DNA of 64,000 bases from Candidatus Methanomethylophilaceae archaeon (GCA_050950505.1 JBMNHS010000002.1:32001-96000); one strand, 5' to 3'; shown: positions 19,191 to 28,601, numbered from the stretch's first letter. Notes: generated from the sequence alone by a model not told the origin. Made by a program: numbers and translations.

Positions 19191-20225
19191 TCACAGATCC
19201 ACGAAGGGAACGAGATCGCAGCATCCGCATTTGTTGCACATGGTAAGGCAGTCCGCCGACGACAACCCGTATTTCAACATAATCTCTTTTTGTTTCAACG
19301 TCAGGTTCATCGCACGTTCGGGGGTTATCGGTTCCGGAGTTCCCACGGCGGCCTTCAAACTTCCGTTGCTGACTCCGCCGGTCCTCAACGCCCTCAGTAC
19401 GGGAATGACGCCCAGGGAGGAAAGCTTTTCAACCATTTCCAGAACGGTTTCGTCGGTTTCGCCCAATCCGTAAATGACGTTGGACTGAACCCTTCCCTTT
19501 CCGAATATTTCCACCGCATCCATCAAACGGTCCATGATATTGCCGGAATCCATGTCCGGACAGACTTTCCGGAATATTTCTTCATCCGGAGATTCCACGT
19601 TCAGTTTTATTTCCGTGGCCCCCGCTTCCTTGAGTCTGACGAGGTCTTCTTTCGATGAGACGTAAGGTTCAAGCCCGATGGGAATGTCCGGGAAGGCTTT
19701 CCGAAGTGCTTTTGTGCAGGAGACGAACCTGTTCACGGTTTCTTCCGTGCTGCCGACCACGCCGCTTGTGAGAGAAATCGCATCCACGGTCATTCCGTCG
19801 TCCAAAGCCTTCCGGACCATGTTGACGATTTTCTCATCGGTGAGATTTTTTGTTATGTTTTTGTCCAATCTCGGCGAGGCGCAGAAGGCGCAATTGAATA
19901 TGCAGCGTTGGTCCAGATTAAAGAAGGCCTGATCCGGACTGTGATAAACCACGGGTTCTATGGTTACGCCGTCAAGGAAAAGTTTTCCGTCCCTGTACAG
20001 GGAATAACCGTCATCTTCGACTCTGAGTTCGAATTCACCCGTGTCATAACTTACGGATTTCTTCACTCTGGAACCCTTGAAGGCGAAAACCGCGGAAGCC
20101 GAGCCGGCCCCCGGTCCCGCCGTGGAACGAGACAACCTGTACGGAAAGACGAAGCCTTCGGGCAGACGCACTCCGCCGCCCAGGGCAAGGTCCGACTTTT
20201 TACGGGCTATCAGATTCTTTTCCAT
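19191..20225 (-). CDS. Radical SAM protein, biotin/lipoyl-synthase-related, with C-terminal Cys cluster
   Basis: CIFNCAFC (CX3CX2C); C-terminal CLTMCNKCGCCD. Confidence 0.85.
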   Translation of the reverse strand: MEKNLIARKKSDLALGGGVRLPEGFVFPYRLSRSTAGPGAGSASAVFAFKGSRVKKSVSYDTGEFELRVEDDGYSLYRDGKLFLDGVTIEPVVYHSPDQAFFNLDQRCIFNCAFCASPRLDKNITKNLTDEKIVNMVRKALDDGMTVDAISLTSGVVGSTEETVNRFVSCTKALRKAFPDIPIGLEPYVSSKEDLVRLKEAGATEIKLNVESPDEEIFRKVCPDMDSGNIMDRLMDAVEIFGKGRVQSNVIYGLGETDETVLEMVEKLSSLGVIPVLRALRTGGVSNGSLKAAVGTPEPITPERAMNLTLKQKEIMLKYGLSSADCLTMCNKCGCCDLVPFVDL

Positions 20226-21613
20226 TTGGCACCGTCCCCCGAATCTTCGAGTCGTATGCCGGCTTCTCCCAGTCTGTCGCGGATCATGTCGGACAGATCG
20301 TAAGCCTTGCGTTCTCTGAGCTCCGATCTCAAATCAATCAGAATGTTCATGACGGCGTCCAAAGTCCCGTCGTCTCCTTCCGGGACGTCCGGATATATAC
20401 CCAAGATTCCGTTGAATTCATCGAGAAGGGCGACGAACCTCTCCGCGCCATCCCGGCTCAGGGTTTTGTCGGCCATGGATTTGTTCGCGGTTCTCGCAAG
20501 TTGATAAATCACTTCTATCGCCGCCCGGGTGTTGAAATCGTCATCCATGGCGTCAATGAATTTCTTTTTGTATTCTTCGACGGTTTCGGAAACGCCGTCG
20601 CCTTCCGCGGGACCCTGTTTCATGTAGGCTCTGAGATCGGTGTAATTGTTCACCAACCGTTCAAGGGAAGCTTCGGCGTCCTCCAGCATTTCCTCGCCGT
20701 AGGTGAGGGGACTCATGTAATGGGTGTTCAGGAAGTAGAATCTGATGACGTACTGGTCGTATTTCTCGGCGACGTCCCTTACCCTGAAGAAATTGCCCAC
20801 GGACTTGGACATCTTTTCTCCCTGAAACTGAAGCATGCCGTTATGCACCCAATATTTCGACAGAGGTTTGCCGGTAACGGCTTCCGTCTGAAGTATTTCG
20901 TTTTCGTGATGGGGGAAAACCAAGTCGTTCCCTCCCCCGTGAATGTCTATTTCGTCACCGAGATGTTCGCGAATCATGGCCGAACATTCGATGTGCCAGC
21001 CCGGACGTCCTTTGCCCCAGGGGGAATCCCAGGCAATCTCTCCGGGCTTGGCGGATTTCCAAACCGCAAAATCCATGGGATTCTTTTTGTTTTCGTCAAG
21101 AACGACTCTGCCGGAAGATTCCATGTTTTCAAGTTTCTGTCCGGTCAGTCTTCCGTAGTCTTCCACTTTGTCCACGGAGAAATAAACGCTTCCGTCCTCC
21201 GTGACATATCCGAATCCGCTTTCGATTATCTCTCCCACCATTTTGATTATGGCCGGCATTTCCTCACTGGCCTTGGGGTAAAAATCGGCTTTGCCGATTC
21301 CGAGTTTCGCGGCGTCTTCGAAGTAATTCTGAATATAACGGGCGGATAGTTCGAGAGCGTCAACGTTTTCTTCCGCCGCCCGGTTGATTATCTTATCGTC
21401 TATATCGGTGAAATTGGTGAGATGGGTCACGTCATATCCGCGGTACCTGAGGTATCTTGCAATCATGTCGAAAACGATCATGCTGCGGGCGTGTCCCATA
21501 TGTATGTCGTCGTACACGGTCACTCCGCATACGTACATTTTCACTTTCCCTTCTTCCAAGGGAACGAATTTTTCCTTTTTTCCCGTTAAAGTGTTCCTGA
21601 TCACTACTGACAT
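20210..21613 (-). CDS. cysS: Cysteinyl-tRNA synthetase
   Basis: CGVTVYD, HMGH, PGWHIECS, HGGG..FPHHENE and KMSKS motifs. Confidence 0.98.
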   Translation of the reverse strand: MSVVIRNTLTGKKEKFVPLEEGKVKMYVCGVTVYDDIHMGHARSMIVFDMIARYLRYRGYDVTHLTNFTDIDDKIINRAAEENVDALELSARYIQNYFEDAAKLGIGKADFYPKASEEMPAIIKMVGEIIESGFGYVTEDGSVYFSVDKVEDYGRLTGQKLENMESSGRVVLDENKKNPMDFAVWKSAKPGEIAWDSPWGKGRPGWHIECSAMIREHLGDEIDIHGGGNDLVFPHHENEILQTEAVTGKPLSKYWVHNGMLQFQGEKMSKSVGNFFRVRDVAEKYDQYVIRFYFLNTHYMSPLTYGEEMLEDAEASLERLVNNYTDLRAYMKQGPAEGDGVSETVEEYKKKFIDAMDDDFNTRAAIEVIYQLARTANKSMADKTLSRDGAERFVALLDEFNGILGIYPDVPEGDDGTLDAVMNILIDLRSELRERKAYDLSDMIRDRLGEAGIRLEDSGDGAKWKRI

Positions 21614-21658
21614 CGAATCGAACCTCTATATCATAAGTAGTAAATAAATCGGAGCCGA

Positions 21659-22300
21659 TTATTTTTTGACGGATCTCTTCAGATCTTCCAGCTCTTTTCT
21701 GATTTCTTCCAGCTCGTTTTCAAGTTTGTTGAAATATTCCTTCACGGGGTCCGGCAGCGCGTCGTGTCTCAGCTCGTCTTCCAGGACACCGACTCTTTTG
21801 ATCACTTTTCCGGGCACGCCCACAACGGTGGAATCCTCCGGAACGTCTTTCAGAACAACGGAACCCGCGCCGATCCTCACCCGGTCTCCCACGGTGATGT
21901 TTCCCAAAACCGTGGCGTTCGCACCTATGACGACTTTGTTGCCGATGGTGGGATGTCTTTTGCCTTTTGAAAACGAAACACCGCCCAAGGTGACTCCCTG
22001 GTATATCACCACGTCATCGCCTATGACCGCGGTTTCCCCGATGACCACGCCGGTGGCGTGGTCTATGAAGAATCTCTTTCCCACGGTTGCGCCCGGATGT
22101 ATGTCGCATCCGGTCATCTGATGGGCTCTGAAGTTGATTTCCCTGGCTTCCCTCTTTTTGCCCTGTTTCCAAAGTTCGTGGCTTTCACGGTACATGGAAA
22201 CGGCATGGAGTCCCGTGTGAAACCTTACGGCGTCCTCCTCATCGATGATGGCAGGATCGAATTCCATGGTTGCCGCCAAGTCGTCAGGGTCGATTTTCAT
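21659..22300 (-). CDS. cysE: Serine O-acetyltransferase
   Basis: DIHPGA, FIDHATGVVIGET and KRHPTIG hexapeptide repeats. Confidence 0.93.
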   Translation of the reverse strand: MKIDPDDLAATMEFDPAIIDEEDAVRFHTGLHAVSMYRESHELWKQGKKREAREINFRAHQMTGCDIHPGATVGKRFFIDHATGVVIGETAVIGDDVVIYQGVTLGGVSFSKGKRHPTIGNKVVIGANATVLGNITVGDRVRIGAGSVVLKDVPEDSTVVGVPGKVIKRVGVLEDELRHDALPDPVKEYFNKLENELEEIRKELEDLKRSVKK

Positions 22301-22344
22301 GGTTATACCATCTGCGGTTGTTCTATTTAGTTATCCCGAAAAGG

Positions 22345-24273
22345 TCACGGCCCGTAATCTTCGTTGATATCGTCGGTGAAATCCGCCGAAGGGCAGGGAC
22401 CGAAACATTCTCTGCAGTATATGCACTCGTCCTCGTTGATGTGAACCTTTCCGTCTTTCATGTACAGGGCACCGGGTCTGCACCTCGTTGCGCACAACCC
22501 GCATCCGACGCACTGTTCGGCTCTGACGATGACCTGCCAGGCATGGTCCATTCTTCTCTTGGTATCGTTGATGGAACTGGATTTCGATATCACGGAACCG
22601 TCACGGTATATGGTGACGTAATCCGCGGAAACCCATTCGCAGTCCGGATCGTAATCGACGATCCAACCCAAAGCCCTGCAGAAAGGTTTGACCTTCTTCA
22701 GATCTATGGGGCGGGACAGGGCGGCTTCAACGCTGTACCCTATGGTGCACGGGGAATACCCGTCCTGTATTTTTATCCTCAAAGGTCCGCTCTCTTCGGG
22801 AGCGGAACGTTTTGTCAAATCCGAAACATCTTTTCCGGTCACTCTTTTCACCTCTTCTCTCATGGATGCGGGGGCGCTCTTCCATCTCCACAGTCCGAAT
22901 TCAACCCATTCGGGAGGGAGTCCGTAGTCCTCCGCGTATTTCCTCAGCAATCCGTCCCATTCGGTGAATTTTTTATTTTCCCTCATGGCATCGAATTCCG
23001 CAAGATCCGACGCGGGACACAGGAAGCATCCTATCCGGTCCAATCCCCGGGTGTACCATACGTTGTACGGTTCTTTTTTGCTGAATATGTAAAGCCAGAC
23101 ATGCATTGCCGACCAGTCCTGAATCGGGGATGCGCCCAACTGACCCGGCGTCCAGGGATTTCTCCAGACTCTCGATTTCGCCTTTCTGGCCTCGGATTCG
23201 TATTTTCTCTGGCCGATGAATGACAGAACCCCGTCGGGGAAGTTTTTGTTTATCGCGTTTACCGTGGGGCCGAGTTTGTTGGTTTTGCAGCACCATCTGT
23301 AATCCTTTGCGGGAGGTCCGAAATAAACAAGATTTCCGAAGAACGCGTCGGCGGAGGCTTTTTCTTCTATCAGTTTCAAACCGTGCCTTTCCACGGTATC
23401 ATGAACGAACTGCACGGTTTCTTCGAATTCCAATCCGGTATCCACGAAGAGAACCGGAAGTTTGTGTCCGGCGTCCAGGGTCAGCAACAACGTGGCCTGA
23501 CTGTCCTTTCCCCCGGAATAGGACACGATTGCGGGCAATTCGTTTTTTTCAATGGTGCTGTTGATGAATCTCACGGCTTCGTCGACTCTTTTGTCAATCA
23601 CCGGCTGATTGACTTCAACAACGTAATCCCAAGTGTGTTTTTCGTTCCGCACAATCAACTCTTCGGGACGGTACCATCTGGGTTTGACGGCAATACCCCG
23701 TCCTCCCACCATTTCGGAAGCGGGCATCCTTGCGCTTCCCGCGGCAACGATTGTTCCGTCTTTGGTTATAATTACAACCTCATCACCCGGCTTCACGTCG
23801 GGATGGACGGAATTCACACCCGGGGCCATCAGGTTCTTGCTGTCCTGTACGTACTGTACGGCGCCGTCGTCGCATACAACGTAACCTTTGCCGATTGTTC
23901 CCTTGAGGCGCAGGGCGCCCTGCATCCTCAGTATCGCTTTCCAACCGCCGCCCAGATCGTATCTCATGGTGGCGACGACGATTCCGTCGCACACCACTTC
24001 GTCCATGCGGTCCAATCCCGGAATTTTGTTCAGAATGACTGTGTGCCCTTCCGGAAGAACGGCTTTCCCGGAACCGTCGCCGTAAGTATCGTCAAGAATT
24101 TTTCTTATTTTTTCGATGTCTCCGTCAAACGCGGGTCTCGAATCCGCCGGAGGGGTCAGAACCACCTCATAGGTGTCCGAACCGCAAACGGGACAGCTTT
24201 TGCTCTCCAGTATCGGAAGATTGCAGTCACCGCACCATCTCAGGTGGTTCTTTCCGAGTCTCACAGCGCCCAT
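22345..24273 (-). CDS. PAPS-reductase-family protein with N-terminal Zn ribbon, PUA domain and C-terminal 2x[4Fe-4S] domain
   Basis: CGDC..CPVC; PUA-like VCDDGAV..NLMAPGV; SYSGGKDS; RWCCK; RIGCFLCP; CVGCGLC..CR and CIYCREC..CP. Confidence 0.88.
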   Translation of the reverse strand: MGAVRLGKNHLRWCGDCNLPILESKSCPVCGSDTYEVVLTPPADSRPAFDGDIEKIRKILDDTYGDGSGKAVLPEGHTVILNKIPGLDRMDEVVCDGIVVATMRYDLGGGWKAILRMQGALRLKGTIGKGYVVCDDGAVQYVQDSKNLMAPGVNSVHPDVKPGDEVVIITKDGTIVAAGSARMPASEMVGGRGIAVKPRWYRPEELIVRNEKHTWDYVVEVNQPVIDKRVDEAVRFINSTIEKNELPAIVSYSGGKDSQATLLLTLDAGHKLPVLFVDTGLEFEETVQFVHDTVERHGLKLIEEKASADAFFGNLVYFGPPAKDYRWCCKTNKLGPTVNAINKNFPDGVLSFIGQRKYESEARKAKSRVWRNPWTPGQLGASPIQDWSAMHVWLYIFSKKEPYNVWYTRGLDRIGCFLCPASDLAEFDAMRENKKFTEWDGLLRKYAEDYGLPPEWVEFGLWRWKSAPASMREEVKRVTGKDVSDLTKRSAPEESGPLRIKIQDGYSPCTIGYSVEAALSRPIDLKKVKPFCRALGWIVDYDPDCEWVSADYVTIYRDGSVISKSSSINDTKRRMDHAWQVIVRAEQCVGCGLCATRCRPGALYMKDGKVHINEDECIYCRECFGPCPSADFTDDINEDYGP

Positions 24274-24371
24274 GGATTGTTCAATATACCGAACATATTA
24301 ATCTTCTTTTACCCACGATTTCCGAACGATATTCCGTTTCTGAAAAATATTCTACTTATTTTTGCAATATA

Positions 24372-24398
24372 ATGTATATTATTATACATCAATGTACA
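24372..24398. promoter_or_regulatory. Three phased TRP-box-like hexamers upstream of the MFS-aminotransferase operon
   Basis: TGTATA-ttat-TATACA-tcaa-TGTACA at an exact 10-bp period, just upstream of TTTATTATA. Confidence 0.62.
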
Positions 24399-24450
24399 TA
24401 ATTTATTATATTGAATATTGCTTTGACGGATTAAAACAGGAGAGATATAC

Positions 24451-25653
24451 CTGGAAGACAACACGCTTCATTCAAACAAAAGATATATCGTACTGATTGC
24501 GGGAATGATTATTCAGCTCTGTGCCGGAGTCATATACATGTGGGCGGTCTTCAAAGACCCCGTTTCGGCATATCTCGAACGGTCTCCCGGGGACATAGCC
24601 CTGGTATCTTCGGTGATGCTTTCGGCTTTTGTTTTCGGAATACTTTTCGGCGGGATTCTGCAGGACCGTTTCGGACCCCAAGCCATCGCCGTACTTGGAA
24701 GCGTCGTGATGTCTTCGGGAATTCTTCTGACGTCTTTCGTGACTTCGGATTCTGCGTCCCTCATTTATCTCACATACGGGGTAATCGGAGGATTCGGCGT
24801 GGGAACGGTGTATCTGTGCACCGTGTCCTGCGTTCAGAAATGGTTCCCCGACAAGCGGGGTTTTGCAACCGGTGCGATGGTGGGGGCGTTCGGATTCTCA
24901 TTGGTGATATTCACTCCTCTGGCAACCTATCTTCTCGAAGAAACCGGCGTGCCGATGACCTTCAGGATACTCGGGTCCGCGTTCATGATAATCTGTGTGA
25001 TTTCAGCATTGATTCTCATAAACCCTCCCGAAGGGTTCACGGCGCCGGGAAAGATCACGGATACGGGGAAGAAACAGTTCACACCTTCCGAAATGGTCAG
25101 AACCAAGGAATTCTATCTGATTTCGGGTTCGCTGTTCCTTGTTCTCCCGGCGTTCTTCATTCTCAACCCTCATCTCGTGACTCTTGCGACGGAGAGGGGA
25201 TTTGCCGAATATGCCACAATGGGGGTCATGATAACCGGCGTGTTCAGCGCGGCGGGACGTTTGCTGATTACATGGATGTCCGACAAAACCGGACGGATTC
25301 CGGCAATGGTGTTCATCGCCGTCATAACCGCAATCGGCGTTTTTGCGCTCACCGCGGCATCCGGATATCTGTTCCTGATCTGCGTCGCACTGATATCTTT
25401 CACTTTCGGAGGGGCTTCCGGCGTGTACGCCGCCGTAACGGCGGATCATTTCGGGACGAAAAACATGGGTACCAACTACGGCATAGTCATTATGGGATTC
25501 GGAGCTTCGGCGTTGCTGTTCCCTTATCTGACGAACATAATCTCGTCCCCCGGGGACATGACGAACGCGTTCATTCTCGCCGCCGTCACATGCATATTGG
25601 CTTTGGTACTGGTATTGATGCTGAGAACGTCATACAAAGGACGTGATTATTAA
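24451..25653 (+). CDS. MFS transporter, oxalate:formate antiporter (OFA) family; probable CTG start
   Basis: KRYIVLIAGMIIQLCAGVIYMWAVF, QDRFGP, KWFPDKRGFATG and FGTKNMGTNYG motifs; first ATG at 24505 falls inside TM1. Confidence 0.85.
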   Translation: MEDNTLHSNKRYIVLIAGMIIQLCAGVIYMWAVFKDPVSAYLERSPGDIALVSSVMLSAFVFGILFGGILQDRFGPQAIAVLGSVVMSSGILLTSFVTSDSASLIYLTYGVIGGFGVGTVYLCTVSCVQKWFPDKRGFATGAMVGAFGFSLVIFTPLATYLLEETGVPMTFRILGSAFMIICVISALILINPPEGFTAPGKITDTGKKQFTPSEMVRTKEFYLISGSLFLVLPAFFILNPHLVTLATERGFAEYATMGVMITGVFSAAGRLLITWMSDKTGRIPAMVFIAVITAIGVFALTAASGYLFLICVALISFTFGGASGVYAAVTADHFGTKNMGTNYGIVIMGFGASALLFPYLTNIISSPGDMTNAFILAAVTCILALVLVLMLRTSYKGRDY

Positions 25654-25689
25654 TAACTGAGAACTGCTTTGCCACCTGAAGGAACCGAT

Positions 25690-26895
25690 ATGAAGAAAGT
25701 ACTGAAGGCTTCGAAAAGGTCAATGGCGATGGATTATGCAATACGCGAAATCAGCGTACCCGCCGAGGAAGCCGCCAAAGCAGGAAAAAAGATTATCGGC
25801 CTCAACATCGGAGATCCCAACAAATGGGATTTCGAAACTCCGGAATATTTCAAAGACGCACTCCGCAAAGCCGTTGACGAAACCGACAACGGTTACGGAG
25901 ATTCCCAGGGCAATCTTGACTTCAGGGAATCCATCGTGAGAAGGGAACGGAAGAAGCACGGCATCGACATAACCGCGGACGATGTGCACATCACCAACGG
26001 GGTAAGCGAAGGAATAAACATCCTTATGGGCACCATGCTTGAAGCCGGGGATGAAGTTCTCGTACCCGGGCCGGGATATCCGTCCTACTCCCAATACATA
26101 GGATTCTACGGCGGAAAAGTCGTTCCGTACCGTCAGATGGAGGAGGAAGATTGGGCCCCCGACACGGACATGATCAGAAAACGGATTACCGACAGAACAA
26201 AAGCCGTGGTCATGATCAATCCCAACAATCCCACGGGTGCGGAGTACGAAGCGAAGCACATCCGCGAGATAGGGGACATCTGCGCGGAATACGAAATACC
26301 TCTGCTTTCCGACGAGATATACGACAAACTGGCTTTCGACGGGGATTTCCATTCCGCTTCGAGACTCAGCGACGACGTTCCCAGAATCGTGTTCAACGGA
26401 TTTTCCAAAGTGAATCTCATGCCCGGCTGGAGAGTCGGTTACTTTTATTACATGGACGAAAAAGGTCTGATGGACGAAATCCGCGAAGGCGTGATGAAAC
26501 AGCTCCGCGCAAGAATCTGTGCCAACGTGCCTTGTCAGCAGGCCGCGAAAGCGTCTTTGGAAGGACCCCAGGATTACATAGAGGACATGAACCGCAAACT
26601 GAAGGAACGTGCCGATTTCTCATACAAGAGACTGAACGAAATAGACAGCATCGAAACCCGGAAAGCCCAGGGCGCATTGTACATGTTCCCGAAAATCGAT
26701 TTGAGGGGACGTTGGAAATCCGACAAAGATTTCGTTCTCAATCTCATCAAAGAGGAAGGCGTCGTTCTGGTTCACGGATCGGGATTCTGCGAAGAGTTCG
26801 GAACGGGTCATTTCAGAACGATTCTTCTGCCGCCTTTGGAAATTCTCGAGGAAGCTTACGACAAACTCGAAAGGTTCATGAACAGACATTCCTGA
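25690..26895 (+). CDS. Class I/II PLP-dependent aminotransferase (AlaT-like)
   Basis: LNIGDP, INPNNPTG, SDEIYD and FSKVNLMPGWRVG motifs. Confidence 0.92.
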   Translation: MKKVLKASKRSMAMDYAIREISVPAEEAAKAGKKIIGLNIGDPNKWDFETPEYFKDALRKAVDETDNGYGDSQGNLDFRESIVRRERKKHGIDITADDVHITNGVSEGINILMGTMLEAGDEVLVPGPGYPSYSQYIGFYGGKVVPYRQMEEEDWAPDTDMIRKRITDRTKAVVMINPNNPTGAEYEAKHIREIGDICAEYEIPLLSDEIYDKLAFDGDFHSASRLSDDVPRIVFNGFSKVNLMPGWRVGYFYYMDEKGLMDEIREGVMKQLRARICANVPCQQAAKASLEGPQDYIEDMNRKLKERADFSYKRLNEIDSIETRKAQGALYMFPKIDLRGRWKSDKDFVLNLIKEEGVVLVHGSGFCEEFGTGHFRTILLPPLEILEEAYDKLERFMNRHS

Positions 26896-27157
26896 CCGAA
26901 TTTTTCTTGATTTGTTCCGTAACGGTTCTTGATTACTGACGGTAATGAATGTGGCATACACAGGAACAACAGGACTAAAAAAGGAATCATTGACGTAAAA
27001 CTCCTATTGGATCTCTAAATTTGTAACATCAGATCCCTACGCTTAACGTTACAGAGTCAGAGTTAAAATTTTAGAGATACTATTCATAGAATTCAAAAAT
27101 GCACATGATTTTGATTTTCAACCGCTTTCTAAAACAATTGCCAAAATTTACAATTGT

Positions 27158-27768
27158 GGTGACAAATACATCGAGAAAATAGCAAACTCCATTCTGATGA
27201 GTTACCCCGGCATCAAGGGTTTTGAGAAGCGCAATCTTGAAAGATGAGGCGTTCTTACGAGCTGTATGCAAACGATGAAATTGCGTCGGCACCGCTGACG
27301 CAATTGAGTCGGACAAACAACTACATGGTGGCGTCACGTTGCAAAACGCAGGAAGAACGGCATTTTTATCTCAATCTTGCAATAAACGAGAAGTATTCGT
27401 CGAGGGAACTTGAACGTCAGCTGGATAGCATGTATTACGAAAGAGCGATGATTTCAAAAGAGAATCTCAAACCCGTTCCGGTGCCCGATGGTGTCAAGAA
27501 CAGATTTCTAGATTTGTATATTTTGGAATTTCTCGATCTCCTGAACGAGTACTCTGAAAAGGATCTGCAGGATGCTTTGATCTCGAACATCAGAGACTTC
27601 ATTCTTGAGTTGGGTAAGGATTTTACATTTGTCGGTCAGAACTATCGTTTGATGGTCGGCAACCATGATTACTATTTGGATTTAGTGTTCTATTACCGCA
27701 GATTATCTTGTTTGGTAAACGTTGAACTCAAGATAGGGGAATTCAAACCTGAATATCTCGGAAAATGA
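27158..27768 (+). pseudogene. DUF1016/YhcG PD-(D/E)XK nuclease pseudogene
   Basis: GDKYIEKIA..YPGIKGFEKRNLE continues in another frame as MRRSYELY (frameshift ~27243), then YSEKDL..FILELGKDFTF..DLVFY..VELKIGEFKPEYLGK*, truncated before the usual C-terminus. Confidence 0.85.
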
Positions 27769-28514
27769 TTATTTATTTTGTTGTCTAATTGCGGTTTGAA
27801 ATGTTGAGTTTCCCCGACATCATCCTCGGTATCAAGTAGTCTCTAAGCTCCATCAATTCCAAATTCTCTCTTAAGTTCAGAGAAATCATATCATAATAAT
27901 TCCTCAATTCCTCTCCGATTGGAGCTAACAAGGAAAGATCCTTCGGAAATGTAACTCTATAATTGGGGATACATTTCTTACTTAAATGGAGAACGGTGGT
28001 TCCATTTACATACCCCAATGCGTGATTTTTAAAACGGGCATCACTCAACAAAGCTGCAAGGATAAAGACATTGACATCATCAGTTACAGATTCAACTTTG
28101 ACTAAATCCATCGACATAATAAGGTCTGTAAACGAGCCTTTCGAAAGAATCAACTCTGAATTTCCGATTACTTCTGCAGCCTGTGTCAGGTCTGTATGTG
28201 CGACTACTAAATCAAACAAATCCAAATATTGACCGGTTTTCACTCCCTTTTCGGGAATCAGTGGCTTATATCCTTCTGTTTCAAACCCGCCAGACCTATC
28301 AAAATTTTTTATTGTGACAAGGGCAGTGGAGGAATTATCCCCTAGTTCTTGACTTGTGTACGAATATCCGTTTGTCGTCTTTACTAAATCTGAGAGGAGA
28401 TAGACTTGCCAATTTTTTGGGATAGATTTGTATTTAGAACTGCCTTTTTCTAAGTCAAAATGGTAAAAGAATCTTTTTGTGCGTATCCTAATTACTTGAG
28501 ATAAATAATCATTT
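27763..28514. repeat. 14-bp perfect inverted repeats bounding the hsdS cassette
   Basis: AAATGATTATTTAT at 27763-27776 (+) and 28501-28514 (-); both are preceded by TCGGA (one indel). Confidence 0.75.
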
Positions 28515-28520
28515 ATCCGA
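27785..28520 (-). pseudogene. hsdS: Half type I R-M specificity subunit (one TRD plus C-terminal helix), without a credible start
   Basis: RINDYL..IPKNW..LSDL..NGTTVLHLSK..ENLELMELRDYLIPRMMSGKL; no hsdR/hsdM in the window. Confidence 0.85.
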
Positions 28521-28564
28521 TAAAATGTGCAACAGGCGTTACAAAAACATGTGAAATGTATAGC

Positions 28565-28584
28565 CCGCAGGGGAATCCCTGCGG
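28565..28584 (-). terminator. Hairpin downstream of the rib operon
   Basis: CCGCAGGG-gaat-CCCTGCGG. Confidence 0.6.
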
Positions 28585-28601
28585 TTTGAAAGTTTAAAAA
28601 A

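Larger units (their letters stand above)
26900..28560. mobile_element. AT-rich foreign remnant of a type I restriction-modification island
   Basis: Visibly more AT-rich than its flanks; holds only broken genes; sits between convergent host operons; boundaries approximate. Confidence 0.65.

Noticed and set aside
27011-27078. Integron attC site
   Set aside because: The outer arms lack the RYYYAAC/GTTRRRY cores, and there is no integrase or cassette array.
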